From the IMG/VR virus record IMGVR_UViG_3300033233_000015, positions 1 to 64,000 of that record: DNA of 64,000 bases; one strand, written 5' to 3'. Position numbers and translations under genes: made by a program. The notes under the pieces are model-generated. The model had not been told where the DNA came from. It worked only from the letters and a program-made list of their open reading frames with translations, and searched no databases. The DNA comes from a virus. Within the stretch, counting starts at the first letter, position 1. Each line of letters opens with the position of its first letter. Positions 27,344 through 38,231 of this stretch are shown in pieces.

Positions 27344-27855
27344 AGGTGCCCCCATGTCCTGCCGGAGTGGATCGACTTGATGCACGACTTGCTGACGCCG
27401 AACTTCTTCGCAATCGAGATTTTCGTGTCGCCCCGAGCGAGAGCCTCTCTGATTCGCTCGACCTGGAGATCCGTCAGCTTGGATGTCGGGCAACGCTCAC
27501 CGGGCGGTGTCTTCCAGGTCTTGCCGCGACCCTTGGTCCACATGTCCTTGTTGTTGTCGTCTAGCGTCCCGAGAAACAAATGCTTCGGGTTGGTGCACCT
27601 CCGATTGTCGCACTTGTGCAGGACGCACATCCCGTCAGGAATTGGACCCACGAAGACGGTGTACGAAAAACGGTGCGCCAGCATCTTCTTCCAGCCGAAC
27701 GACACGCATGCGTAGCCGTTCGCCTGAAGGCTGCCGATCCAATCCCAACATCCGCTTGGATGCTTGACGGCCCTGCGCTCAAACGCTTCGAGTCTCGACC
27801 GGGGCTTTGGCAGCGGGCGACCGCAGGCTCCGCAAAGGATCTTGAGTTTTTTCAC
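27340..27855 (-). CDS. HNH homing endonuclease
   Basis: CWDW.G...GY...AHRFSY...VLHKCDNRRCTNPKHLFLGT..DN..DM; C-terminal HTH. Confidence 0.9.
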   Translation of the reverse strand: MKKLKILCGACGRPLPKPRSRLEAFERRAVKHPSGCWDWIGSLQANGYACVSFGWKKMLAHRFSYTVFVGPIPDGMCVLHKCDNRRCTNPKHLFLGTLDDNNKDMWTKGRGKTWKTPPGERCPTSKLTDLQVERIREALARGDTKISIAKKFGVSKSCIKSIHSGRTWGHL

Positions 27856-29564
27856 CCGATGCCCTCTTTCTTCAAATACGAAGAGAAGCCGTTATCGTCG
27901 GTCTCTTCGGACGGCTCCTCGTATGCGTCCCCTCGAGCAGCCTCGAGCGCACCCTGGACGAGCTCCGCAGCCCTGGTGAGTGCGACCTCGCGCTCCTCTG
28001 CCTCAACGGCCTTTGCGTCTTGCGCTTCCTTGCGCGTGATGCGCGACTCGTACGCCGCGATCCACTTCGCGTCGCTGGCGAACGACGCCTTGGTCTCTTC
28101 GCTCCACGCCCACGGAGGCCACGCGCCGTAGTGATCCTTGAATTTTGCGCCCGCAAAGCCGGGACGAAATCCCTTGCGCCGAGCGAGCTTCACCATGTCG
28201 TCGAAGAACGCTCGGCGCATGTCTTCGGTCGCGGTGCTGCGTTTGACGAGCTCGGCGCTAGTCTCTGCGACGCGCTTCTCTTCGTGGACGTGCTTGAACT
28301 CGAAACCGCAGTACGGGCAGATCGTGCGGCTCGGCTCGACGTACGCGAAGCACCCTTTGCAGATTTTCATCTTCATCGGTGAGGGCCGACGGGGACGGTC
28401 GGTCAACTCCCAATGCAAATCTTCGTGCGGGAATCCATGCTTGTCGATGTTTTGGGCATGATCTAGCAAGAGCGGAGCGACGCTAGGGTGCTTGAGGCAC
28501 CCCGACGGGCAGCCCGGATGCCAGGGACGAAGAACTCGCCCGACGCTCTGGCGGTAGAGCACTAGCGACTGCGTCGGCCGCGCGTGGACGACACACTTTG
28601 CCGATGGAACGTCCACGCCTTCCAAAAAAATATTGCAATTGCTCACCGCTTCGAGCTCGCCCTCGCCGAGCGCCTTGACGATTCGGCGCCGCTCGCCTTC
28701 GGCGGTCGTGCCGTCCACGTGCGCGACGCGCACACCGGCCGCCCCGAAGCGCGCGCAGATGTCGAGCGAGTGCGCGATGCTCGTCGCGAAGATGAACGTG
28801 CGCCGACGCGCTCCCTCGGTGTACCCGCCGCCCGCCTTCGGATAGAGGTGCGCCAGCTTCAGCCAATGCTCGACGAGATTTCCGACGAGCTCCTGCTTGC
28901 GCATCACCTCGCCGAGCTCGCCCTCGTCGTAGTCGCCAGCGATGACGCGAACGCTCGAGAGATCGGGTGAGACAGGTGTGGAGTAGCAGTCGGGAACGGC
29001 AATGAAGCCACCGCGGATCAGTTCCGAGTACGTCGAAACGACTTCGAGGCAGTCGAAGACGCTGCCTAATGGCTTGCCGTCGAGGCGCGCGGGCGTCGCG
29101 GTGAAGCCGATGATGATGGCGTCTTTGAAATGCTCAAGCAGGGCCAGGTACGAGTCCGACAGAGATCGATGAGCTTCGTCGATCAGGACGAGTCCGGCGT
29201 TGGGCTTCTTGCGGCGCGCGAGCGTCTGGATCGAAGCGATCTGCGTCGAGGCGTCGGGGTTCGTGCGATCGTCGTCGCCGCGCATGACACCGATGTTCGT
29301 GATGCCGAGCCGAGTCAGTTGATCGGCGCACTGATCGATGAGCTCTAGACGGTGGCAGACGAAGAGTACGGGCACCGACGACGTGCGGATGATGCTGGCC
29401 GCCAGCAACATCTTTCCGGATCCGGTGGGCGAGACTAGAAGAATTTTTTTCTTGCCGTCGCGCACGAGATTACGAAGCGACTGGATGGCGCGCGACTGGT
29501 AGGGCCGAAGATCGGTCGGCTTCACGTCCAGCAACGCGGATCGATCAAAGAGCGGCATGGTCAT
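27852..29564 (-). CDS. SF2 DEAH helicase with C-terminal Zn finger
   Basis: LRPYQ, PTGSGK, DEAH, TATP, EGVDVP, QSVGRVLR, CKGC..CPYCG. Confidence 0.92.
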   Translation of the reverse strand: MTMPLFDRSALLDVKPTDLRPYQSRAIQSLRNLVRDGKKKILLVSPTGSGKMLLAASIIRTSSVPVLFVCHRLELIDQCADQLTRLGITNIGVMRGDDDRTNPDASTQIASIQTLARRKKPNAGLVLIDEAHRSLSDSYLALLEHFKDAIIIGFTATPARLDGKPLGSVFDCLEVVSTYSELIRGGFIAVPDCYSTPVSPDLSSVRVIAGDYDEGELGEVMRKQELVGNLVEHWLKLAHLYPKAGGGYTEGARRRTFIFATSIAHSLDICARFGAAGVRVAHVDGTTAEGERRRIVKALGEGELEAVSNCNIFLEGVDVPSAKCVVHARPTQSLVLYRQSVGRVLRPWHPGCPSGCLKHPSVAPLLLDHAQNIDKHGFPHEDLHWELTDRPRRPSPMKMKICKGCFAYVEPSRTICPYCGFEFKHVHEEKRVAETSAELVKRSTATEDMRRAFFDDMVKLARRKGFRPGFAGAKFKDHYGAWPPWAWSEETKASFASDAKWIAAYESRITRKEAQDAKAVEAEEREVALTRAAELVQGALEAARGDAYEEPSEETDDNGFSSYLKKEGIG

Positions 29565-30004
29565 GCGTGACGCTCCAGGTATAAGACCGCAGCGCGAACC
29601 AACCCGAGGTCGTCCTTCAGAAATCCGATCGCAGAATTGCACTGACCGCAGAGCGCACCGCGCACCTTCCCTGAGAGGTGGCAGTGATCGATGTGAAGCG
29701 GCTTCGATTTCGTTCCGTGTTTGCCGCAGATGCCGCATTCGCTAGCCCGAAGCGAAACGACCAATTCTCGGCTTATCCCGTGCTGCCAAGCGACCTGGCT
29801 TTCTGGATATTTGCGCTTGTATTCGAGACTGGCCTTCCTCTTTTTTGATGGGTCTCGTGCGTACTTGATCCGATCCAGTTCGCGGTACTTCTCTGCGTTC
29901 TTTGCTCGAAATTTGCGAGCGTACTCCTTCACGTGTTCTCGGTTCTTGTTGCGCCATTCGCGCATGTACGCTGAGTGCGACCGCTTCTCTTCTTCGGATC
30001 TCAT
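29561..30004 (-). CDS. Endonuclease VII family protein
   Basis: CGICG...IDHCH..GKVRGALC..CN.AIG.LKD. Confidence 0.9.
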   Translation of the reverse strand: MRSEEEKRSHSAYMREWRNKNREHVKEYARKFRAKNAEKYRELDRIKYARDPSKKRKASLEYKRKYPESQVAWQHGISRELVVSLRASECGICGKHGTKSKPLHIDHCHLSGKVRGALCGQCNSAIGFLKDDLGLVRAAVLYLERHA

Positions 30005-32617
30005 CGACGACCCCACCGCGCCCGCGCCGCCTTGCGCGCGATGCGACGACGCTGGCGACGTTTCGCCTGGTCGTAGTTCGCGAGAACGATGGCGGCGTCG
30101 ATCATGTCGGTGGACGACGGACCGAGGAATCCCAAGAAGAAGTTGAAGGCGATGTTCGTCTCTTCTTCGGCACGCTTCTTCTTCAGCGCGCGCATCGCGC
30201 GTTTGGCGTCTCGGAGTCTCATTCTTTCGCCTCCCGCGCGAGCTGCGCGCGCGTGACTTCGTCGCGAAGCGCCGTGACCAGTCGGGCGCGAAGCGAGCGG
30301 TGGGTGCGACTCTCGTATTCGAGCGCGTATCCGTCGATCAGCGAAATCAGTTCTTGCGCCTCAGCGTAGTCGAGCGCGAACGTGAACTCTCTTCGCGGAG
30401 ATGGCGTGTCGCACACGCGGCAGTGCGTGAGCCACTCCTTCGCGGCGCCGTTGAAGATGCCGCAGGCGCAGGTCCATCCGGGGATGTCGAGGCTCATGTG
30501 GGGTCGACCGATCTCGATAGATCCACATCCATCACACTGCACACACTGAGGTGACGACCATCTCTCGATAGTACGATCCACCGAGCGTGCGGCGAGGAAG
30601 GGGGTTGACTCACCCGATCGATTACCTGCTGAATCAGATCGTTCGGATCATCTCGAAGTGTAGTTCTAAGATCGGAGATGAATTGGTCGCGCGGTATGGC
30701 GTACACCCTTGACTCGTCTCCTTCTCGAGTAGCGGAGATGAGGTAGTCCAATTTTGGAGAACTGAGACGCAGCCCTCGCATCAGCGCGATCAGCGCGGGA
30801 GATATCTCTTCCAGATAGACGTTGTCTTCGGCGCTCATCGCGGCTTCGCTTTCTTGAGCGCGGTGATCGCCTGTTCGTGGATCTCGAAATGAGCCGCGGA
30901 CGCCGCGCTCAGCGTGTCGCCACGCACGTACCGCTCGAGCGCGCGATAGAGCTCGGGAGCAGCCCTCATGAGGTCGGCGCGATCCTTCGACACGCTCATC
31001 GACATCCAGTCTTCAGGCTGCGGGCCGAATCGAAGAACCACGATGTTGTCGCTCTCGCACTGCTGCGAGAGCGTCCACGTCTCTTCGGTCGGATGCTTCA
31101 CGGAGACCTCCGCAGCGCTTCTTCCACCTCTTCATCCGAAACCGGCGCGGACAAGTACCCCTGGCCGTCGAACACGCAGACGACCTCCCACGGGATCCAC
31201 GATTCGTCTTCTTGCCTGACCTCGATGAAGACGCGGTCCCCCGTCTTCATGCGCACGAACTCGTGCGCGTACGCATCGGGCGCGACCCATCGATCGTCCG
31301 CATCGACGATCTCCTCGGTCTCTGGCTCGCGCCATTTTCGGCACACGATCGTCATTGGAGAGCCCCCTCACGATCGTCGACGATGTTGGCCTGCTGCCAC
31401 TCGTGCGCGCACGTCGCCGAGCAGCAGGTGACGATGATCGTTCGATCGCTCGTGCGGCCAACAGCGAAGAGCCACGCGCCAGGGAGGCAGAGGAAGTTCG
31501 GCTTGACGCCAGTCGAGACGCCGCCGTCCCTTTGGCACTGCGCGCACGTCATGGTGTGACCGATCGGCATCGGCACGACGATGCTGCTCGCCTTTTTCTT
31601 GGCCTTCATGCTTCGGGTGCCTCCCCGACATCGGTTGCCAAGAGCAGCGTGCGGACGTCGTCGCGCAGGAGTTCGACCATCCCAAGGCACGCGCGCGCGA
31701 CGCGACGACGCGGGTGCCCGTCGGGCAGTTCGTGGATCTCCCGCAGCAGCGACTCGGTGCGACGCTCGAAGATCGCGAGCAAGTCGGCTTCGGTGATCGT
31801 CGAGCGTCTCACTTTGAGCTCACTTTTGAAGTGAGCGCCTGAACCTCCGAGCCCCATGTCGAGAATGTGGAGCTCTCGATCCGTGAACTCGGGCGTCTCG
31901 ATGTTTCCCGAGCTCGGGGGTGAATCGTTGATCTCCTGCTCGATGATCTCGACGCGCCCGTCGGGCCACCGTATGGCAGGGAGCATCGTCGATGTGCCGT
32001 CGTCCTCGGTGCGCAGGACCTCGCCGCGTTCGCCGTGTTCGCCGCGAAGGTAAGTAAGATTCGTGATCGGTAGAAAAACCTCTTTCATCGCGCACGCCGA
32101 GACTTGAGGACCAAGGGCGGATCGGCCTGCTTCGTCTGCTCTCTGAGTCGCCTCGCCTGCTCCTCGTTCGCGGTGCGAAGAACATGGATCTCGGACTTCA
32201 ACCGATCCACCGACGATGATTTCATCATCTCGTCGGTCAACTTCTGCTCGAGTTCTTCCGCCTGCTTCTCGCTGCGTTGGAGCTGCTCGCAGAGCACCTC
32301 GATGAGAGCGACGGCCGCGCGTTCGAGCTTCGTCATTTCGGATCCGATTCGGGTTCGCCGCCGTAGTAGACGCGCGTACTGGCCAACGCTTCGTGGTCCT
32401 GCCACATGACTTCCTCAAGCTCGCTGCGCGAGTTGCCGATCTCGTGAAGCGCGCGCGAGAGCGCCTTTTCTGCACGTTTCTGCCGTTTGCTTCGGCTTGA
32501 GTTCGCCACCTCGATGAAGAGGGTTTGGATCTCGTTCCGCATGGTCCGCAACAGTCGACCGATCTGCTCATGTCGCTCGAACGGTATCGTCGGATGCTTC
32601 ATCTTTCTGGTGGCCAT
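30001..32617 (-). CDS. Run of nine small hypothetical genes (30001-30222, 30219-30497, 30494-30838, 30835-31101, 31098-31355, 31352-31609, 31606-32088, 32085-32336, 32333-32617)
   Basis: Unbroken chain of ATGA/GTGA overlaps. Confidence 0.6.
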
Positions 32618-32796
32618 CAGCGTTTTCTCTTCCCGTTCGAGTCGAGCCCGCGCTCGACGAGCAGCCGAACGACGTCGCTCATGCTCGGCTCGATGCCCGT
32701 CAGGCTCAGGATTTCCTGCTGACGTTTGAGAATCCGATCGTGGAGCGTTTTGGAGATGCGGGCGGCGATTTGCACGTCTTGGTTTTCGGTTGTCAC
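32617..32796 (-). CDS. Ribbon-helix-helix regulator, leaderless first gene of the left arm
   Basis: VQIAARISKTLHDRI...SMSDVVRLLVERGL; GTG 7 nt after TAGTAT. Confidence 0.7.
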   Translation of the reverse strand: MTTENQDVQIAARISKTLHDRILKRQQEILSLTGIEPSMSDVVRLLVERGLDSNGKRKR

Positions 32797-32799
32797 GCA

Positions 32800-32855
32800 T
32801 TCGATACTAGCGGATCGTTTCAAAGTTGACAACAGGAACAGAGAGCGTAGTGTCG
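32800..32855. promoter_or_regulatory. Bidirectional sigma70-type promoter at the transcription divergence point
   Basis: Plus strand TTGACA(32826)-N16-TAGTGT; minus strand TTGTCA-N17-TAGTAT; the two -35 boxes overlap in the quasi-palindrome GTTGACAAC. Confidence 0.8.
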
Positions 32856-32890
32856 CGCGTTAGAGAGTTGGTTGGTGGCTGAGGAGGAGG

Positions 32891-33595
32891 ATGTTCATGA
32901 GCGATGCGATTCGCATTCGTAGGGCGTGTATTCTCGACACGGAGACGACGGCGCTGGATCCCGCCCAAGCGCAGTGCATCGAGGTGGCCGTCTGCCTCTA
33001 CGACCTCGAGCACGCGCAACCGATCTCGAGTTTCGCGAGTCTGATCCGCATCGACGGGAACGACGAGTGGGGCATGCCCGCGAATCCCGCTGAGCACATC
33101 AACGGCATCAAGCCCGCGATGTTGAAGGATGCGCGACCCGCCGACGAGGTATGGCGTGCGGTGAAGTGGATGATCGCGTCGGCGGACGTCATCGTCGCGC
33201 ATCGCGCGGAGTTCGATCGCAAGTTCGTCCCCGATTTTCAGAAGCCTTGGGCTTGTTCGAAGATCGACATCCAGTGGCCCGACCGCGCGCGTGGCGACTC
33301 ACTCGTGCAGCTTGCGCTCGGCCTCGGACTCGGCGTTGCGAGCGCGCATCGGGCGATGGCCGACGTCGACACGCTCGCGCGCATCTTCACGCGCGTCGCC
33401 GAGAAGGGGCACTCGCTCGAGGCGATGCTCGTGCGAGCCATGCGTCCGAAGGTGAAGTACGTCTCGCTCGCGCCGTTCGAGGAGCGAGAGATCGTCAAGT
33501 CGCACGGCTTCCTTTGGGAACCGTCTGCGAAGGAGTGGTATCGCTTCATGCCGCCCGAAGACGTCGGCGAGCTCCCGTTCAAGGTGCGGACGTGA
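32891..33595 (+). CDS. DEDDh 3'-5' exonuclease (DnaQ/epsilon-like)
   Basis: LDTETT, AHRAEFD, HRAMAD; strong GAGGAGG SD. Confidence 0.9.
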   Translation: MFMSDAIRIRRACILDTETTALDPAQAQCIEVAVCLYDLEHAQPISSFASLIRIDGNDEWGMPANPAEHINGIKPAMLKDARPADEVWRAVKWMIASADVIVAHRAEFDRKFVPDFQKPWACSKIDIQWPDRARGDSLVQLALGLGLGVASAHRAMADVDTLARIFTRVAEKGHSLEAMLVRAMRPKVKYVSLAPFEEREIVKSHGFLWEPSAKEWYRFMPPEDVGELPFKVRT

Positions 33596-35181
33596 GCGCG
33601 CATATTGGAACGGTCGGCACGCAGGGTTATCGCTTCAGCGTGCGCGTCTCGGCATCGACGGGCGGCGTCGAGGTGGCGGAGGTGTTCGGCGACGATCGCG
33701 ATCGGGATGACGTTCGCCTCGATCCGATCCAGGCCCGAAACCTCGCCGCGCTTCTCGTGCGGGCGTCGGAAGAGGTTGAGCGGATGCGTGCTCCTGCGGA
33801 TCGGGAACGGTCACGGATAAGAGTCGGCGATGCTCTGCTCGGAATGCGCGTGCGTTTGGACGGGGAGAAAGGCGAGGGCGAGATCGTTCAAATTCACTTC
33901 GGCGCCGTCGAAGTCGATTGGGGAGATGGCCGCATCACCACGGTGAAGCAAAATTCGGTAGGGAACCTTGGGGGACTGCTGCGCTCAGCGGTGAGGTCGC
34001 GCCAATGATCTCGCCCAAGTGCGCGAATCCATCGACGTGCGAGATTCATGGACCGCACTGCGAGTGCGGCCATCCGTACGCGCGCCACGGGTTGTCACCC
34101 GTCGGGCGGCGTGACGTGCACTCCAAGTGCGCCGACTGCGACTGCGTGAAGGTTCTTCCCGTTTCCGTGGTCGTCGTCGAGACCGACGAAAGCCGCGCGC
34201 GTCGTCAAGCCTTCCTCGACGCGCAGCCACCGATTCACGTCGAAGAACTCGATGTCGATCACGCAGCGCATCTCGTTACGAAGGCCGAGAAACTCGCGAA
34301 GACATTCCTGAACGCGCTCTCGCCGTCTTTCGACACAAGCGACAACAGGCTCGCGCTCGTTCGACTTCTGCTCGAGTTCGCGCGCGACGAGCGCGTCCGC
34401 ATGGCCGATCTGCTCGACGCTCGCGCCGCTCGAGAGCGAGCGAGCGGAGATGACATGAGTGACCCGCAGGGCATTGCGAATTGGATTCGCGACGGAGGGA
34501 ACCCGTGAAGCGCGAGACCGTCACGTACGAGTGCGATGCCTGCAAGAAGGCGATCGAGTGCTCCCCTGGAAAACTGGAAGAGCAGACCGGGGGAGAGTGG
34601 CGCATCTTGCGCGTTCACGTCTCTAGGATGAACGGACAGACGGTGTCTGAGGGACACGGCCACGCCTGCTCGAGCGTGTGCGCCGAAAAAGTGGTCGCGT
34701 CGCTGGCGATGGCGAAAAGAGGGAAGAGCACCCCTGACAAGCAGACGCCGGCGTCCATCAAGCAGTGGATCACCGATCAGAGGGTGGCTCAGGAGAAGCG
34801 ATCGAATCGACGGACGCGCACGAAGAAGGGGGCCGCACGATGAGCGATTGGGAACCAGAAGAGTACGCGGACGATCCGAAGGTCAACGCGATGCTCAACA
34901 TTGCTGCTGGCATTTTCGCCCTTGCGCGCGCGACCGACGGTCTTCTGTACGCGCTGAAATACAGCAAGGGAGAAGGCATGAGTGTCGCGGAAGCGATCGA
35001 GGTCGGCGCGAAAAACATCGCAGAAGCGATTCAACTCAGCGATCCCGAACCTGTCGAACCCGTAGACGTCGATCCAATCGTTGAGGCGATTTCTGACATG
35101 AAGATCGAACTGTCGACGGAACTGTCGCGCCTGTCGGCGGAACTGTCGGAAGCGATCTCCAAGTCATCGGACGAGCGATGA
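33592..35181 (+). CDS. Four hypothetical genes (33592-34008, 34005-34508, 34505-34843, 34840-35181)
   Basis: Coupled ORFs. Confidence 0.55.
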
Positions 35182-36266
35182 CCTCGCGCGTCTATCTTTG
35201 GGAGACAAAAACTACGTCTGAGGACATTTCGAACGGGTCGACGTTTTTTCTGAGAACCATTCTCGATCCGCAGCTCTCTCTCTACATACCCGCGCTGCGC
35301 ACGATGGGATTCGACCCGATCGGCGCCATCTACGACGTGCTACGCAAGCCGGGACAGTTGCCGTCGAACATTCCGCTCAAGGATGCGGACGGAGTGAAGA
35401 TCGTCTTCGACGCAGCAGGCCGGCGCGCGCGCACCAAGGACGGCAAGAAGTGGCGTGAGACGGGCGGCGACGGTCTCTTCTTGCAGACGCGACCCGAGAC
35501 TCCTGAGGAGTACGGCAAGCGTTGTCTCGGCGCCATCGCTGAGGATCCGAATAGGTACTACGCGCGGGCGAAGGTCGTGCGGCTCGAGGCCGACGAGCGC
35601 GAGGCTGCGGCGGACGTGTGGAACACGGCCACGCAGATGCGCGACGCGCGAAGACTGAAGGTGTTTGCGCGGAATCCTGATGCGTGCATGTCTTGGTCTC
35701 GTGAGTGCGACTACTTGCGCGTCTGCGCTGGGCAGGCCGACATCATGGATCCGATTCTGTTCAGGAACGAGGAGGCGCACGTCGAGTTGAAGTTGGAGAA
35801 CGAAGAGAGCGGAACCAATCTGCTCACGCAGAGCGCGATGCGTTCGTACCGTTCGTGCCCGCGCAAGTTCTACTATCGCTACGAGCTTCGTCAGCGACCG
35901 CTCAGCAAAGCGGAGGCGCTGACCACTGGCAACTCGGTACACGAGGCGCTCGACGTCTTCCGTCGCACCTGTTCGCTCGATGCGGCGCTGGTGGCGCTCA
36001 CGACCGACGATCTCTACGTGCGCGCGAAGGAGGCGGCGATGCTCGTCGGCTACGCCGCGCGCTGGCCGACTCCGCGAGGCGTCATCGCAATCGAAAAGCA
36101 GTTCCGCATCCCGCTCATCAACCCCGCTACCTGCGCACCGAGCAAGACGTTCGAACTTGGCGGAAAGGTCGACGCGATCGTTGAGGAGGAGGCCGCGCTC
36201 GCGTCGCTTGAACCGAGTTTGGAGTACGTGCTCGAAGGTTCGTTGAAGGAGGAGGCTGTTCCGTGA
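35178..36266 (+). CDS. PD-(D/E)xK Cas4/RecB-like exonuclease, circularly permuted
   Basis: ETKT, QLSLY and C..C....C come before SCPRKFYY, G.SVH, E.QF and GKVD. Confidence 0.8.
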   Translation: MTSRVYLWETKTTSEDISNGSTFFLRTILDPQLSLYIPALRTMGFDPIGAIYDVLRKPGQLPSNIPLKDADGVKIVFDAAGRRARTKDGKKWRETGGDGLFLQTRPETPEEYGKRCLGAIAEDPNRYYARAKVVRLEADEREAAADVWNTATQMRDARRLKVFARNPDACMSWSRECDYLRVCAGQADIMDPILFRNEEAHVELKLENEESGTNLLTQSAMRSYRSCPRKFYYRYELRQRPLSKAEALTTGNSVHEALDVFRRTCSLDAALVALTTDDLYVRAKEAAMLVGYAARWPTPRGVIAIEKQFRIPLINPATCAPSKTFELGGKVDAIVEEEAALASLEPSLEYVLEGSLKEEAVP

Positions 36267-36814
36267 GCTACGGCGGAACGCATCGACGCAACGATCTGAC
36301 TGGCGAAGTCTTTGGACGCTGGACTGTCGTTCGTCGCGTTGAGAATCGCCAGAGGCCGAGCGGAGTGATGGCGATGTACGAATGCCTATGTGTCTGCGGC
36401 GTCGTGAAGACGGTCCTCGCTCAAACGCTTCGATCCAGCAGTTCGCGCTCGTGCGGGTGTTTGCTGAAAGACGTCGCGGCGGAAATGTGCCGCGCACGAT
36501 CGACGCACGGTCATTCGCGCGGTGGAAAATTGACGCCGACGTTTCGTTCGTGGATTTCAATGCATGACCGCGTCCGATCAAATAATCCGAACAGCAAGCC
36601 GTATTACAAGGATCTTGGCATTCGCGTCTGCGACCGTTGGTCCGACTTCGAGAATTTCTTGAAAGACATGGGCGACAGGCCGTCGCTTCTCCATTCGCTC
36701 GATCGGTTCCCGAATGGCGATGGCAACTACGAGCCAGGCAATGTGCGTTGGGCGACCAGCGTGGAGCAGACCTTCAATCGCAAGAAGAGGAAACTTCCGA
36801 AAGGATCAACATGA
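36263..36814 (+). CDS. Putative homing endonuclease (HNH-like)
   Basis: DLTG..FGRWTV, C.C.CG, SCGC, W.SM..R, GI.VC.RW..FENF..DMG, SLDR...G.YEPGNVRWAT. Confidence 0.8.
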   Translation: MSYGGTHRRNDLTGEVFGRWTVVRRVENRQRPSGVMAMYECLCVCGVVKTVLAQTLRSSSSRSCGCLLKDVAAEMCRARSTHGHSRGGKLTPTFRSWISMHDRVRSNNPNSKPYYKDLGIRVCDRWSDFENFLKDMGDRPSLLHSLDRFPNGDGNYEPGNVRWATSVEQTFNRKKRKLPKGST

Positions 36815-37716
36815 TCGATCTGAAACGAATCACCGAAGGCAAGCAACAGCGCGAGCCGCGCGTCCTGATCTACTCCGCCGACGGCGTCGGTAAGACGCGA
36901 TTCGCGGCGGGTGCGCCCGATCCGTTCTTCATTGACGTCAATCGAGGCAGCTTCCAGTACGACGTCAAGCGCGTCGTGCCGGAGACGTGGAGCGAAGTGC
37001 TCGAATGGGTCGGCGCCGTCGAGCGCGGCGACATCAAGTGCAAGACGCTCGTCATCGACTCGATCAGTGACCTCGAGCACATCGGCAACGCGGAATTTTT
37101 TCCAAACACGACCATCGACAAATGGGACGGCGGATATGGACGCGGAACGGGCTACGCGGTGACGCGCTGGCGCGAGTTCGTCTCCGCCCTTGAGCGCGTT
37201 TGGAACGCCGGCAAGTCGATAGTCCTGATCGGCCACATGCAGGTGAAGCGGTTCGACGACCCGACCGGAGTCGGTTACGAGCGGTATCAGATCGCTGCTC
37301 GCGAACAACTCGCAGGTCTCCTTCGTCAATGGGTAGACTTCGTTCTCTTCGCGAATCTCGAGGTCGCGCAGCAGAAGGTCGGCGGCGACGTCAAGATGGT
37401 GACGAACGGCACGCGATGGATCCACACGCAGCGATCCCCCGCCTTCGACGCCAAGAGTCGAGGCACGACGCTCTTCCCCGAGAAGGTGCTCCTGTCGTGG
37501 GACGAGTTCGCCAAGGCGCGCGCGGCCGACACTGCGCGCGCGGAGGAGTTGAAGCGAGAGATCGAGTCGATGCTCAAAGAGATCGGCGACAAGAAGCTCG
37601 ACGAGATCGTCAAGGAGTACCTGCGCGCGAACCCCGGCATGGTGGTCGAGGCGCGCAACCGCGTGGCGTCGAAGTTGGAAGAGAAGAGAGCGAGTTCGAA
37701 GGAGAACGACAAATGA
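36811..37716 (+). CDS. Sak4-like AAA ATPase (single-strand annealing protein)
   Basis: DGVGKT, VIDSI, GGYGRG, LIGH, AKSR. Confidence 0.85.
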   Translation: MIDLKRITEGKQQREPRVLIYSADGVGKTRFAAGAPDPFFIDVNRGSFQYDVKRVVPETWSEVLEWVGAVERGDIKCKTLVIDSISDLEHIGNAEFFPNTTIDKWDGGYGRGTGYAVTRWREFVSALERVWNAGKSIVLIGHMQVKRFDDPTGVGYERYQIAAREQLAGLLRQWVDFVLFANLEVAQQKVGGDVKMVTNGTRWIHTQRSPAFDAKSRGTTLFPEKVLLSWDEFAKARAADTARAEELKREIESMLKEIGDKKLDEIVKEYLRANPGMVVEARNRVASKLEEKRASSKENDK

Positions 37717-38231
37717 TCAGTCCGGGGAATTACAAGGCCAAGGCAGTCAAGAGCAGCGTGCAGTTCGGCGAGACCGAGCGAGGCAATCTCCAGATCGCGG
37801 TCGATCTGGACATCAAGAACGAGAAGGGGGAGTCGCTCGGCACGATGACGACGTTCCTCTTCTTCACCGACGCCTCGCAGAGCTACTCGTACGAGCGACT
37901 GCGCGCGCTCGGGTGGCAGGGCAAAGGTCCCGAAGAGGTCGACAACATGGAGGGCATCGACGCGAACGAGGTCGAAGTTCGCGTCACGCAGCCAGAGTCG
38001 TACAAGGCGCCCGACGGCACGATGAAGATGGGACAGAGCAAGGTCGAGATCACGACGGGTGCCGGAAAGGTCGTGCTCGCGAAGACGGTCGACGCCTCGA
38101 CGTTCAAGGCTCGATTGAAAGCGCTCGGCGGCGGCGGTGCAGCTCCGTCGGGCGGCAGCAGCGGCGGAGCAGCGGCGCCGCCGTTCATCTTCAACACGAT
38201 CGAGGCGGACGAGCCGTGGTGGAGGGGCTGA
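37713..38231 (+). CDS. SSB-like protein
   Basis: Follows Sak4; PG.YKA start; Gly/Ala-rich tail ending APPF plus a short extension. Confidence 0.6.
   Translation: MISPGNYKAKAVKSSVQFGETERGNLQIAVDLDIKNEKGESLGTMTTFLFFTDASQSYSYERLRALGWQGKGPEEVDNMEGIDANEVEVRVTQPESYKAPDGTMKMGQSKVEITTGAGKVVLAKTVDASTFKARLKALGGGGAAPSGGSSGGAAAPPFIFNTIEADEPWWRG

Noticed and set aside
35178-36266. Cas4-like nuclease as part of a CRISPR system
   Set aside because: No array or other cas genes; the context is the phage exonuclease-Sak4-SSB recombination module.
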